Source: Amphiscolops sp. MND2022
Lineage: Eukaryota
Direction: 5' to 3'
Length of the DNA stretch: 64,000 nucleotides
Assembly (NCBI GenBank): GCA_964187785.1
Contig: OZ076409.1
Location: 30,816,001-30,880,000, forward strand
Below the pieces are notes generated by a model, which saw nothing but the letters and a program-made list of their open reading frames with translations, ran no database searches and was not told where the DNA came from. Shown here piece by piece: positions 25,601 to 39,200 of this stretch. The position numbers and the translations under genes were made by a program. The stretch's first letter is position 1. Each line of letters starts with the position of its first letter.

Positions 25601-28600
25601 GGAAGCTGTCAGGTTCGTCTTGCATTTCGATGTTATAAACTTCTCGCTATGATAATAAGTAGTATGAGGAATCTCGATCCTGGCCAGTCAGGCAGTTAAA
25701 ACAGTATACTTTCAAGGCAAATCATTAAAAATTAGCCTTTTTGCAACTAAAAAATTAACAGAAAACTTGAAGTTCGTCTAATCATTGAAAATAAGCATAT
25801 TTCCAATAAATATCATTGAAAATCAGCCATTTTTACTACTAAAAAGTAACAAAAATCATTGAACAAGTTTTTTAAATGAAAAATTTCGTTATGAAGGAAA
25901 TTCACTAACTTCTATGGTAGTAATATTATAAAACAATATCAACCACCAAACTTATTTTTCAAAGCCATACCTTCTGCATTCAAATGGTAACACAAGTGTT
26001 CAACAAAATAAACACCACACAAATTTTTAACGCAAAATAATAATTGTTCGTCCACGAATATACCAGAGGGAATAAATTGGAATATTGGCTAAAAACTCTT
26101 TGAAAAATTTTAGTGTAGCATTCAAGTGGAACATGTGCTGAAGCCGAGGAAGGGGGCTGATCTGAAACTAATAATTTCATTTCGTCCCCATTTTCGGCCT
26201 CATCATCTTAATACATGGTAAAAGATAATTTGCTTAATATCTTAACGGGATATCTGAGGGTTTTTTATGCAATCAACCCAGCAATCAGCATCTGCCAAAA
26301 CAGGTGGTTTCTCAATTTTCTCGGAACTGAGTCATCCTACTTAACCGACTCAGGAGATCAAAGTTATAGAATACATCCATACAAACATTTTTATTTCAAC
26401 CATTTTTTCAGTACTCGAACCCAATCTGGAATAGGTATAAAAACAGGCGTGAAAATAGGGTTTTCTTCATTTTTCACCAGACTCGTTGACTCGAAAAGTC
26501 AAGAGACCAAAATTGTAGATACCCAGAATATGAACAACTTTTGACTCTTAACAATTTTTCATACCTTGAACCTGGTGAAATGTAAAATATATCTTCGCCA
26601 ATTTTGAATGATCTCCGCCAAATATATCTCCGAAAATTTTTTATGTTGAATTCAATAATAAATAAATGGAGTGTTGTAGAATTTGAATATATTTGCTTTT
26701 ATCAGATAAAAGTTCTCATCTCAGTTCGAATGACCATAAAAAATAACCAAAGAAAAAAGAGTATTTTGTGGTAAATATATATCTGATCAAACAAGATATT
26801 TCTGAAGTTAATTTCACATCCTAAAAACTCAACAAAGTAACCAGCTGAATCAACAAATAAACCAGCTGAATCAACAGAGAAACCAACAAAGTAACCTGCG
26901 ACATGGCCAAGACGTAGAAATAATTGTGAATGAAAAAAACATACATTAAATTGAAAATAAAACCGATTGATAGTCTCAAAGAATATGTTGATAGTAGTAG
27001 TAAAGGAGGGGGGGGGGGTTTATGAACGTTTTTGGCTCCCAAGCGAAAATTTTCTAAGATAGATTTCTTATGCACGTTTTGGGCTCCCAACCGAAATTAT
27101 TCTAAGATAGATTTCGTGTGCACGTTTTGGGCTCCCAACTCGAAAACTTTCAAAGTCATAAAGCTCAAAGGTCAAACTGATTCTTTATTCAAAATGTGTG
27201 CCGTATGTCAAGCATTATTTACATTGCAAACCGATGAAGCTTCTTACTGCAATAAAAGTGAATAATCTTAGCATTAATGAAAATATGAAGCAGTCCAACC
27301 TTTTCTCTGCTGAACATGAGGCCTGAGGCCATTAAGAAGTAAAAGTAAAGAGATTTTGATAAACAGACAAAGTGAAGCCATGTTCGTTCCGGAAAACTGA
27401 AAAACACAGCGACAGCAGTATCTATGTACTTAGACTCTGGAAATTCCATGGAAAACTCCCATAAAAGGCACCTATGACACCTCCTATCATGAAATTGATG
27501 CAATTGTCCAGATAACGGTTGGCGAAAACGCCATTATTAAAGTATCCTCATTACAAATCAGAAGCGAACTCAGAAGAAAAATCAGAAAATTTGACTACTG
27601 TATTTCGCGAAATACCATTCAATTATTGGCTTGTTCTGTTTGCCACTGATGAAATTCGAGAATCTCAAAAAGAAGGTAATTCCGAGATGCCAGTCAGTGT
27701 TGCAGAGATGCTCGAAACACTAACAAACTCGAATGGTTGTCAGTTCATTTACAGGAAGCACAAAAACGGAGAGAATAGCGATGGTGAACTTAACGATTTC
27801 TGCCAATCCATGCCTTCAAACCACTCTCACATACTGCTCTACATTCCCTATTTTTCTGGAGCCGAGAAGTTGATAAAACAGTCTGTTTCTCAAACGCTAT
27901 CCAATGTACAAAATGCCAAAGTCAAACTACTAACCGTCTCTTACCCAGAAAACTTTATGAAAACGGAAATCTCAATGTTCCACGATGAATCGCTAATTAT
28001 CAGAGGCGAAAGGATGCAGAAGCTAATCAAAGTGAAAACAACTGAGACTTTGGGTTGTAAGTTTGTATCTTCATGGGAATTTGAGAAACACAATTCCCTA
28101 GGAAACTGTCCTGAGAGTGAGAAGGCACTTTACGTTTTCCAGAAACTTTTGCAGCTCGAGAAAAGTGACGCACCTTTCAAAGACACAATAATTTCCTACA
28201 TCGATCTTCTACAACGGGGAATGGGGCGACTTTTCCTTACGGAGCACAGCCGAACGTTGGACATTGACTTGGGTGTTTCAAATACTCAATGCACATGCTA
28301 CGAGTGTCTCTATCAGCCATTACATGAAACACAAGACGACCAAAGCACAAACTCTGAATTTTCTCTCTTCAATGAAGACACTATAATTAATACTTCATTT
28401 TTGTAAAAACTTTTCTAGAAATCAGTTGGATCCAATACATTTCTTTTCACGAAGTGAAAATGTTTTCAGCGCGAGAAATTTGTGAGAACTTTAACGCCGT
28501 AAATTATTTGTTCCCAAGAAACACTACAACTAAAAACGCATTTCTAGCAGTGTGCCGTTATCTGGATGAAAATGTTGATTTGAGAAAAGTCAATGCTTTA

Positions 28601-31600
28601 GCCCAGTCTGGAGGCAAAATAGGACCAGGAGACAGCAAACTTGACGACTACTTTAACTTTTCAAAGATATTGAGATTGCATGCAATTTTTCATGATGCTC
28701 ATGGCTACATGAGAAGTTTTGAGAACGTAGGACCTGGTTACGTTTATACCGTTACAAAAACTCAATCCTTTCGGAATAATATGCTTCTAGGACATGTCTC
28801 CGGAATAGCTTATTGGACGTTTGTCAAACTTTTCCATCGCGAACATTTCGACGCATTCCCTTTCTGAATTTTCATTTCTTACCTTGAACCTCTTTGAGTT
28901 CGGTCGCAACAGAACTAGAGCGAAAACGTTGCATTCGAAACACTAACGATTATGAGCACAATCGATACGTGTCGCAGCAGTGGATATTGTAGCGAGTTGA
29001 CGTTGAACGAAAACCCCCGAGATCAAGAAGATCAACTTGACTACGCTGATTTGTCTGGTCCAAATCTTGAAAGGATAATTTTCGATAACACTGATCAAGA
29101 AAGACCTCCCTTCAACTTCAATTGCTGTGACTCACGCGTGGAGAGATCGTTACTCCTAGTTTTCTTTCATTATGCTATCATACTCGCAGTAATATCTTTT
29201 TGTATAATTTTTCTGTCGCTTTGTGATTCAGAGAGCAAATTTGCATCAGGCGTCTTGGCACTTTTATCAGCTTGCGTTGGCCACGTTTTACCCGGTCCAA
29301 AACGATGAACAAAAGAATCAGCACTAACCCGCATTGCTTCATTTCAGTCGTCGGGCCTGCTGGCTGTGGCAAGACACGCTTAATTGGAAGAATGATTTCA
29401 AACCAAGAGAAAATTTTCCGACCGTCTTTCGATAGAATAATCTATTTTTACAAACACGATCAAGATTCCTACGAAAAACTTAGATTTGAGTGTTCGACTA
29501 AAGCTGTCGATCTTGACCTTGTTCAAGGTTTGGAGTGGAATGCTGTCGAGCGAAGCGAGGCTTTGAAGCAGAGAACTCTTGTTGTTATCGACGACTTGTA
29601 TGATGAAGCTGCTCAAACTAAAGAGTTTCTAGACCTAGTTATTGCTGGACGTCACAAAAACGTACATCTAATGGTTCTGCGACATAACCTTTTTCAACAA
29701 TGTAAAAACTCGAAGACGATCGACCTGAATGTCACTCAGATGATTCTGTTCAACAGCCCGCGAGATTTAGAGCAAATTGGAATCTTGGGTCGTCAACTAG
29801 GAGAGCGATCAACTTTAATGAAGGCATATAAAAGGGCTACGCAGGAACCATTCGGTCATTTGATGATTGATCTGGATGTTCGAAGCAATATAAACTTGAG
29901 ATATTGCTCTCATTGCTCTGCAGACGTACCAACTCATTTTTATTGTGCTACAGATCAACTTTTTGTTTCACTAAACGATGAATTCACAAAATTATTATAC
30001 TCTTGATTTATACCAAAAGTTTTCACCTACCCTGAAAAAGTTTTTTATTCTCCACTGTTCTGATGAGTTAATTAAATTTTTTTGTGATTGCATTTTCAAT
30101 GTAGTGAAGGGAAAAGTGAAACTTGAAAACAACATTCAACGAAAAATGGCTGTGCTTTCACGCGAAAAAACGAACATTGAAACAATTTGCACCAAGAGAC
30201 GCGTCTCTTTGAAACGAAAACGTCAAGTGTTAGGCTCTGACAGAGGAATGCGTTTGCTGAAACTAGTCATTCCGTCAGTTCTGAATCATTTGAAAAATTG
30301 CCATGACAGCAAGCAGTAGCTTACGCGATCTTATTTTAATCACTCACGAGGAGTATATATCCTTGAAGCAACAAGTCAAAAAGCCAGATGCTCGCGAAAA
30401 ACAAAAGCAACATATACTTTCAAATCTGGGTCAAGACACAGACTACCTTCACCGACAAGAAAAAGACATGGATGTTTCTGAACCCTCAAAACAGTCATCA
30501 GAGGACGCTCTAGTAGCCCAGTTGAATTTAAATTCAAGGTATCCCACAGAAAAAGATATCAGCAAAAGCAGTGAGAAAGTGAATGAAGCACGCCAAAAAC
30601 CGTCCGATCTAGTTTTATCGAATTTACTGGAATCTGGCGTCACGGGTGGTAAAGTTGAGAGGTCGAGGCAAATTTTGAAAAAGATTGAAGATTGTGAGCG
30701 AACCACATTAGATGATACCAATCATACCATAATTTTGGATCAACAGGACACTGGAATCAGTGTAGTAGAGTTTCTGTCAGCACTGCAGGTTAATACCAAA
30801 CAGCTACCGAAAAAGTTTTTAACTTTGGTTGAAGTTCTCAGACTTCCTCAATTTTTACTAGCAAACACTTATGCTAGGCATACTAGCAGTCAAAATCAAC
30901 ATCATATTAGACTTGCTGCCGGTGCCTCGCCTTCCAAGAAACTGAAGCTTGATAGCGAAACCGTACCTAATCAGTGGCTTACAAATTTCTGAAAATGGGA
31001 AACAAGAAGTGGGTTTGTGGATCATGCAAAAAAAGTCTCGGCAAAGGTTCCAAGAAAACTCCATCGCTTTGGTGCCACGTTTGCGGATGGATTCACTTCA
31101 AGTGCAGCGGGCTAACAGACAGCAAAGAATATCACGACAATTTTTTGTGTTCACATTGTCGAGAAAGCCGAGTCTTGCTCGATGATGAAAAGGACGGAGA
31201 CTATGCAGCTGCGTTTCCAAAAATTCATGATCACTACACGAATCCTGGAAATACATCAGCTTTTGGGAGTAGACGAAGCTTGATTAAAGCATCAAAGTTC
31301 CGGCCACAAGATGTAGACCGTTATTTAAACTCGAGCGAAACTTACACAAAATTCAAATTACCCCGAAAACGTTTTCCACGGTTGAAGGTTATTAGCTATA
31401 GACTGAACGAAATTTGGTCAATAGACTTGGCAGACATGCAAAAACTGGCAAACACTAATGCCGGCATCAGATACCTATTCGTCGCTGTTGACGTCCTGAG
31501 TCGTTACTTATGGGTTGAACCCATCAAGGTGAAAACGGCCCATGCGTGTAGGGAAGCTTTGAAAAAAATATTCGCCAAGAATGACAAGTCACGAAATCCC

Positions 31601-34600
31601 AAAATTTGTCGTGAAACACACCAACCAGAAAAAATTTGGGTCGACAAGGGTCGTGAATTCTCGGGCGAATTTGCCACTTTTTGCAGTCAACGTGGAATTG
31701 AGATTTATTCCACCAAAAGCGAGACAAAATCTGCTTTAGCCGAAAGAAACATCAGATCTTTGAAGTCGTTAATTTTCAAATACATGCACGAACATGACCA
31801 AAGTAGATATTTTGACAAACTTGATCAATTTGTGGCAATCATTAACAACCGAGTGAACCGTATGACAAAGTTGGCACCGTCTTCGGTTTCACAAAAGGAC
31901 GTCAACTATTTAGTTTCTCTCTGTCACACCAACGCCCAAAAGAAGCCAAAATTCAGAATTGGCCAACAAGTTCGCATTAGGCGCAAGATTGACACTTTTC
32001 ATCGAGGTTACAAAATACAGTTCACGGAAGAATTGTTTAAAATTGCGGCAATACCAACCAACAACCCTCCAACTTATATTGTCAAAGACTGCGACGGCGA
32101 AATTATACAAGGAAAATTTTACGAACCTGAACTCGTGCGATTCGCTCCAAATTGACTGTGTCAACGATGGACGGACTGTCAGCAAGTGTTGAGCATTCAA
32201 GTTGCAACCAAGAATTCACCATGAATCTCATTTCCAATGCTTCTATGGATACTTTTCCCGAAAACACATTGTCCAGTTTTACGACTCTTTTACCGACACC
32301 AATTCATCTTTCCGGCGAGTGGCAGGTGGCTCTACTGGAAATTGCTTGGCCCAATATTATCCAGAATGTGACTGTGGGAGAATTCACAGTATACAAACGA
32401 AACATCCAGTCGCCAGTCGAGAAGCGACCACGCAAGCACAACCGACCCGGTGCCATTTCAATGGCGATTCCTGCAGCATTCGAGCGTCAATCTCCTGCTT
32501 CGACTCTCCCGTTTTACACAGCTCCTGTAAAGCACCGCCTAAAACCGGGATGTTATACATCGGTCGATTCAATTTTAGCATCAATCACAAAAATTGCCAT
32601 GGGAGAAGAACAAATTGGAAGAAAACGAATCTCATCATCCCCTGACAATGTCTTATCACTTTTGTCATGGAAAGTTGACAATGTAACGAGAAAACTACAT
32701 GTTAAATTTTGCGGAAATCACAAACAATATGGGTTGAGAATTTTCACCGAGTCCAATGATTTGCGAAACATTTTGGGCACGAATGTAATCATTGATTGTG
32801 GTGAGTCACAAAAAGAAGCAGTGGAAGAGATCGATACAGAATCTGCATCAAACACAATTGTCAAGCATGTTGGAAAATGGCCAGTTGACTTGAATGCAGG
32901 CAGCCATACCATGTTTTTGTATTGCGACCTCGTGCAAAACCAAACATTGGGCGATAAGCAGACGGCACTCTTGCGATCGATTCCCGTTAAAAGTCTAGCT
33001 TTGGTGCAGACGTTGGGAGAGATGAATCACAAAAGTTTCAGCAATCTGCAGTGGAAACGCGTCATTAAATCGCAATTTCAGTCAATCAACGTCACGCTCG
33101 CCAATGAAATGGGTCAAAAAATTCCCTTCTTGAGTTGCGGTCGCACCAATGTGACTTTGGCTTTTAGACCAACACCTCGACACTGACCAGACATCGTTCA
33201 TTCTGAAATTTGTGAAAAGTACAGTCGCTCAAATTGACCAATTTAATTTCATTGGCTCCGGAATGGATGCCCATTACGATTCACAAATTAAAGCCAATAC
33301 TCACACAACATTCAGTGGACCAGCCAGACAGATGGGATCTGGGGGTGGCATTGGAGCTTTTGCTGTTCGAATGGGTCGTGTAGCCATTCCACTAGTTAGA
33401 AAGTACGTCTTACCTGTAGCAAAACAAGTCGGCAAAAACTTGATAGAAAGCGCCGTTCCGGAAATTGGACAGATTTTGTCAGGCAAGAAAAAGCCCAGCC
33501 GTAAGCTGTTGACTAATGTCGCCAAAAGGGCTGCCATTGAAACTGTAAAGACAAACTTGCCGAGCGGTGTTGCCCTTCGGCCGGGCGGCGGCGTCGGCGA
33601 GCGGAAACCCGGACCGCAGCGGTCGGCGGCGAAGGCAAAGAACGGAGTTACACGAAATGTCAAACAATCATCAGGCAATAGAAAGCGAAGTAATAGTCTC
33701 TCAAGCATTTCAAAAAAAGCGCGCGCCAAGAGAAGTCGGTCCGACATTTTGTCTGAAATTCAATTTTCCCAATAGACAAAAATTCAGAGAATGGCAGCAT
33801 CAGTTAACAACCTCTTTGTGGGAAACTCGACGGAAATTGCAAAACCAGTGACACACAGCGCTCTAGACTATTTCGAAAAGCCTAAAGTAATGATCAATTA
33901 CGAAGGGGCCTACGATCAAGAAGTATTCCCCCATGTTGGTTGTCGCGGACCACAGTTGGATTTTTTTGTTGCCGCTGAAGCAAAAAATTTGATTGACTTG
34001 AATCGCATTGTTCTCAGTGTTGAGGTGGCAATCTATCATGAGGATGGAAAGACAAAGGCAAAACCAGGTGACTTTGATGCAGTTTTTTCCAACAATACCC
34101 TCCACACGCTCTTTTCGCATGCAGAATTGTATCTCAATGGGAAATTGATTTCTCACAGCAACAATTGTTACTTACATTCCGCATTTGTGGAAACTGAATT
34201 AACCACCGACACTGATAGTAAAGCTTCATGGGCCAAATGTCAAGGCTACAATTATTTAGCCAAGTCCAGTGAGAAAGATCAAATGTTCAACAAGCTTGCA
34301 GCTGATTTTGCTCAACTGAAAGAATCCAAAATGCAGTTATGCGGTGCTCTCCACATTGATTTTCTGGATTGCGAAAAACTTTTACTGCCCAATGTCACCC
34401 TACATATTCGTCTTTACCGCTCGCCAAATAACACAATCATCCATCTCAAAGGCACCGATGATGAAGCAAAAGCGCACGACGGAAAACTTTTGGCCATTGT
34501 CGAGAAGGCTTCGCTTTTTGTGAGGAAGGTTGTAGTGACTGACAGTGTTAAATTGTCGATAGAAAGAGAACTGGTGAAAAGCGATGCAATGTATCCGTAC

Positions 34601-36240
34601 ATTGAGAGTTTGAACAAAAGTTTCATTATTCAAGCCGGGCAAAATTGTTTCATAAAGGAAAATGTTTTTGGCACCGAGCCAATTCGACGATTAACTTTGT
34701 GCATGGTTAAAAACTCCTTGTTCCGAAGTACGCCACTAAACGAGTCTCCTTTCTCATACCAAAAGTTCAACTTGCAAAGAGTGGAAATCCAAAGGGGCAA
34801 TGGTGTTCCTTTAGCTGGGACACCATTGGATACTACAAACAATGTGAGATTGTACTACAATACGATTACCGCTCTTGGATTCACCCAAAAGAGTAACGGC
34901 ATCAGCCTTGAGGATTATACAGACAACCATTTTTTTCTCGTGTTCGACTTAACATCAACTGAAGAAGCTAGCAAAACTTTCACACTTTTCCCCGAGCTAA
35001 CGGGATCCAGTTTGACTCTAAAGCTGTACTTTGAGAAAGCACTCGATGATGCTATTGAACTTTTTTTGATTGGAGAGCGATTTAGTCAAGTGTTTATTGA
35101 CTCAGCGCGCAACATAAAGAAAAACAGCCCGTTTGATGGATAATTCAACATTACAGCAGATTGTTCTACAGAATCCACATTTGAAACCAAGCTTTGCTGG
35201 TGTTTGGTCTGCAGACAATTTTCCCAAACAGCCAGGATGGACCGAACAACGGATAATTTTGCGGAGAGGATCAAAACATTCATTGTACTATAGACCTCGT
35301 TTGGTTTGGTTCCAAATTGTCAACACATCCCCATTGGGTGCAGTAGGAAAACATTGGCTGCTACTGGGAGCAGTCTCGACACAAAAGAAGAAAAATCTAG
35401 TTTTTGTTTGGGATTGTCTAGGTCAACCCTTGTCACGTTACAAAATTTTCGCTCAGCGTCTGAAGCTGCTGTACGGAAAGACAGGATTCTCGACAATCAA
35501 CCTGACCCTTCAAAACGCCAGCTCAAATCTGTGCGGGCTCTATTGTCTCTTCATGATTGACTACATTGCAAGGAATCCTACAAAAGCACCTAAGGAAATT
35601 GATCCAAAACTCAAACACTTTACAGAAGTTGAAATTATTCGTTTCATGAATGGTCAATATCATACATTGTTTAGATATACTGTAGTGTAAGACATCTACT
35701 TTTTGAATTTAAACGTTATATACCCTCGCCATTTTGCATAAATAGAAGCAGTATTGAGCTATTAGTTTTCATCTCCGCTACTGGAAGAATAATTCACTAG
35801 TTTAAATTCGGCACTTGAGCAAATTTTTCGTCGTTTCTGAGTTGAATAATACTCTCCATTAAATTGAGAACCATCGTCGTCGTCAGTCGACTCTTGTGCC
35901 TCATAATTAATGAATGGACAATCAAAGTGTGCATCGTGCTGCTCATCAGCCAAGTCGTCAGATAGAGTGTCCCAATCAACAACATCTGGTAATTCTTCAT
36001 CATCGTTAGAGCAAGAAGCTGATTGATTGAAGCCAGGATCGGGGGCATCTAAATTAACAATTAGGTTTATATCAATGGTGAATATAAAGTGATCGATACA
36101 TTTGGAATAAAACGGTACCAACTGAAATTTGTCAAGTCAGATTTTAAAGCTTGTTTCAGAGGACTCGCGTAGCTGGAAGCACGCGATGAGCAGCTGCCAT
36201 CGAGAGAGTCGGCATCAGTATCACTGTCAGAAGTGGGGAC

Positions 36241-36278
<38 letters not shown>

Positions 36279-39200
36279 AGCTCACTGATTTATCACAGTC
36301 ACTAGAAGAGTCCAACTCTTCGTCAGAAGCAACATTGACTAAAACCTCACGCTCTCAATACACAAAAAAATTTTTAAAATTAAAAAACGAAAAATACCTT
36401 GATCTGGAACTGGAATGGCATAATGACCATACGCTAGCGACGCAATCCCATCATTCAATATGTAGCGCTTGTCGTCAAAAGCACTCAATGCTATTTTCTC
36501 GACAGAATTAACAACAATTTGGTGATTGACGGACTTCAGTTGAAACATGGTCTTGGTTACTTGTTCTTTCGAGAGGAGGCACTTTTTGAAAAGATCATGA
36601 TGCAACGTCTTTTTAACAGACTTGGCAACGCCCTTTGCACTCTGTTTCTTTCCGCCCACGAAGTCGATGCTGTACAACTTGGATCTGAGACAGACGACTT
36701 CTCTCAGAACTTTGCCTTGGAGCTCATCCGTCATAGTTAAAGGGACTTTTTTGTTTGTTGGGTCATATAGAAAGTGGTCTTTAGGATAATCAGACAAGTC
36801 GAGAAGGTGTTTGAAACCGGCCATGTCTTGATACAAATTTTCTGTTTCGACGCAATAAAGCAGCGAATCCGTGTCTTTGTAGGCCAATTTCAACTTAGCT
36901 GCAGAATAGCGGGGTACCATTTGCTCATAATGGAATTTGTAAAGCGAAAGTTTGGACAAGTCAAGAATTGATGCTCCCACCGGAGTTGGTTTGTCCCATA
37001 GGACACTGCTCGATTTGAACGATACGCTGACCAGATTTTCATTGACGATATTGAATGATTTGAAAGATGGTTTTTGAATCATTGATTCAGCTTGTTGAAC
37101 GTTTCCCACAAAAGCAATTTTACTTCGCTTGCGCAGATTCTCCATTGTTGTTCCGAAACAAGCGTTGCTCATTAGCTTGAAAAAGTTTTTTCAAAGTCAT
37201 TTTCAGCCTGCTTACGCATGATGGTATTTTTTTCAATGTAGACACCCAACCATTTAATTTGATTAAACTCGCACACACGATGCAGTTTTTCCACAACCAA
37301 TCCATGCTTTACATAAAATTTCAAATTTTCGTAGTGACAGACGTAGTTTTTCTTGTCAAAGAGGGTTTCAATCAGTTTAAGGACTTTGTTCGGCTTCAAG
37401 CCAAAAGATTTAGCGTAAGCAGACAGCCATTGAGGCATAATTTGACGTTTCTCGGGTGCCAAAGGCAAGCCATTGTGAGTATCATGAAGTTCTTTTGGAT
37501 ACAGGAGGTCAACTTCGACAAAGAAACCGACATATGCATCAGCGGGAGTATCGAGAATTTGTTGCAATGTTATCGCGGTGTTCCATTTATAATTGCCTAT
37601 GGGCATCATTTTTTGCATTGTGCCCGCATATAGAGACGTGACATCAAAGAACGCTCCAAACGTTGTAGCTTTGCTAGGGTTGTGATGAGGTAGCAAATCG
37701 TTGTTGGCACAGAAATGTCGAATCTCGCCGACACCATTAACTCCACCCCTAATTCCACGTTCGAAAAACAAAAGTTTGTCAATTTCATCCAATAAGCCCA
37801 ACTTCGCATCCGTTGAGATCAGCATCGCGTCCCAACTGAGGTTCGGAGCTGAGTAGAAATGAGCCGGGTCAAGCTTGTACACCTTGAGACAAACCCTTCT
37901 AAATTTTTCAAAAATGTCAGCTAACAGAAAAACATCCGTTTGCAAGTAGAGATCGTGGTAATCTCCCAGATTCTTACAAGCAAAAGCTTCATAGATAGTA
38001 ACAGCTTCATTGTATTGGTCAGGAGTTATATCCACTGTCCCAGTGAGGGTATTTTTCCAATCAATTCCGAGGGGTGGCAACGGTTCATCAAACTTTTGGA
38101 AGCTGTCCAGAAAGCTGTATGGAAAAAAACCTTTTTTGGTCAGTTTTTCGAACACCTGATCAGGTACACCAGAAAAATGTTGACGAAGGAGTGCAAAATC
38201 GTCAGCCTTCAATGTCTTAGCCAATGATTCCAAACTTTGTGACATGAATTGCAAGCTGTCAAGGAATCGCAATGAATGAAACAGCCTGACAATTCTGTTC
38301 TTTTTGTCAGTGTAGCTTCCCACCGGCATAGATAAGTTAATTGAAGTAAAAGTCTCATCAGTTCTGGCGATTGCTGAAAGTTTTTCACCCTTCTCCAATT
38401 TCAAATTTTTCAACATATGATGCGAATCGTAGCGCGAAAAATTGTGGAAGAATACGGGCAGAAAATTTGTTGTTCTTGCTTGCAGGTTACACTTGGAGTG
38501 GGCCACGCCAAAGACTTTTCCAGACAAATGGCAATGGTGAATCACCCGTGTGGAAACTTCAGCTTCTTTACCGCAGATGCAACACTCGGCAAAATGCACA
38601 TTTAGGATCCTTTCGCGCTCAGCTTTTGGGATTTTGAGCCAACGGAACTTTTGCTTTTCTGAGTAACACCAGACAGACCATTGTCGTAAAGTGTTCAGGA
38701 GCTTCGATATAGAGTTTCGACCACGATAAAAGCACTCTTTCACAACTGCTCCAGCTAAAATTACCAATTGTAGTTGAAATATGGTTGATTAATTGTTGGA
38801 AAATATAAATGAAAACACTAACCCTTGTTATCGACCAGAACAGCACCGTAACTAGCAGGAAACTGTCGCTCAATCTCCCGCGTTTTCGTCGAGAGGCTGT
38901 GGGTTTCAGTTTGACAAACATTCAATGCCTCCAAATCAGCGTACACAACAAATGGACACTGCTGTGTTTTCTGCCAATTCACAAACTGGAGTAATCGGTC
39001 GTCTTTCGGCATTAGGATTTCCAAAGGATCGTTGGATTCACAAAAAGTGGAATGCCTGGCCATATTTTGTTTCAAAACTGGTTGGAAACAATTCCTGCAG
39101 AATCGACTTTTCGGACCAGTTGACCTTTTCCGCGGAGAGCGAGAAAGATGATGAATAAGGTTTGAAAAGTTTTTGATGAGACAATAGTGACTCCGTTTCC

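Noticed and set aside
27021..27145. TIR subrepeats as a CRISPR array, or the MAPKRKFSK... ORFs as genes
   Set aside because: These are tandem subrepeats mirrored in both TIRs; the ORFs start at TTG and just reflect the repeat period.
36233..36511. Signal-peptide protein with poly-Leu on the + strand
   Set aside because: It is the antisense reading of the (CTG)12 poly-Ser tract of the polB tail.
37180..37195. Programmed -1 frameshift at AAAAAAC in polB
   Set aside because: The heptamer is out of phase with the upstream frame (GAA AAA ACT); a 1-nt deletion or sequencing error is simpler.
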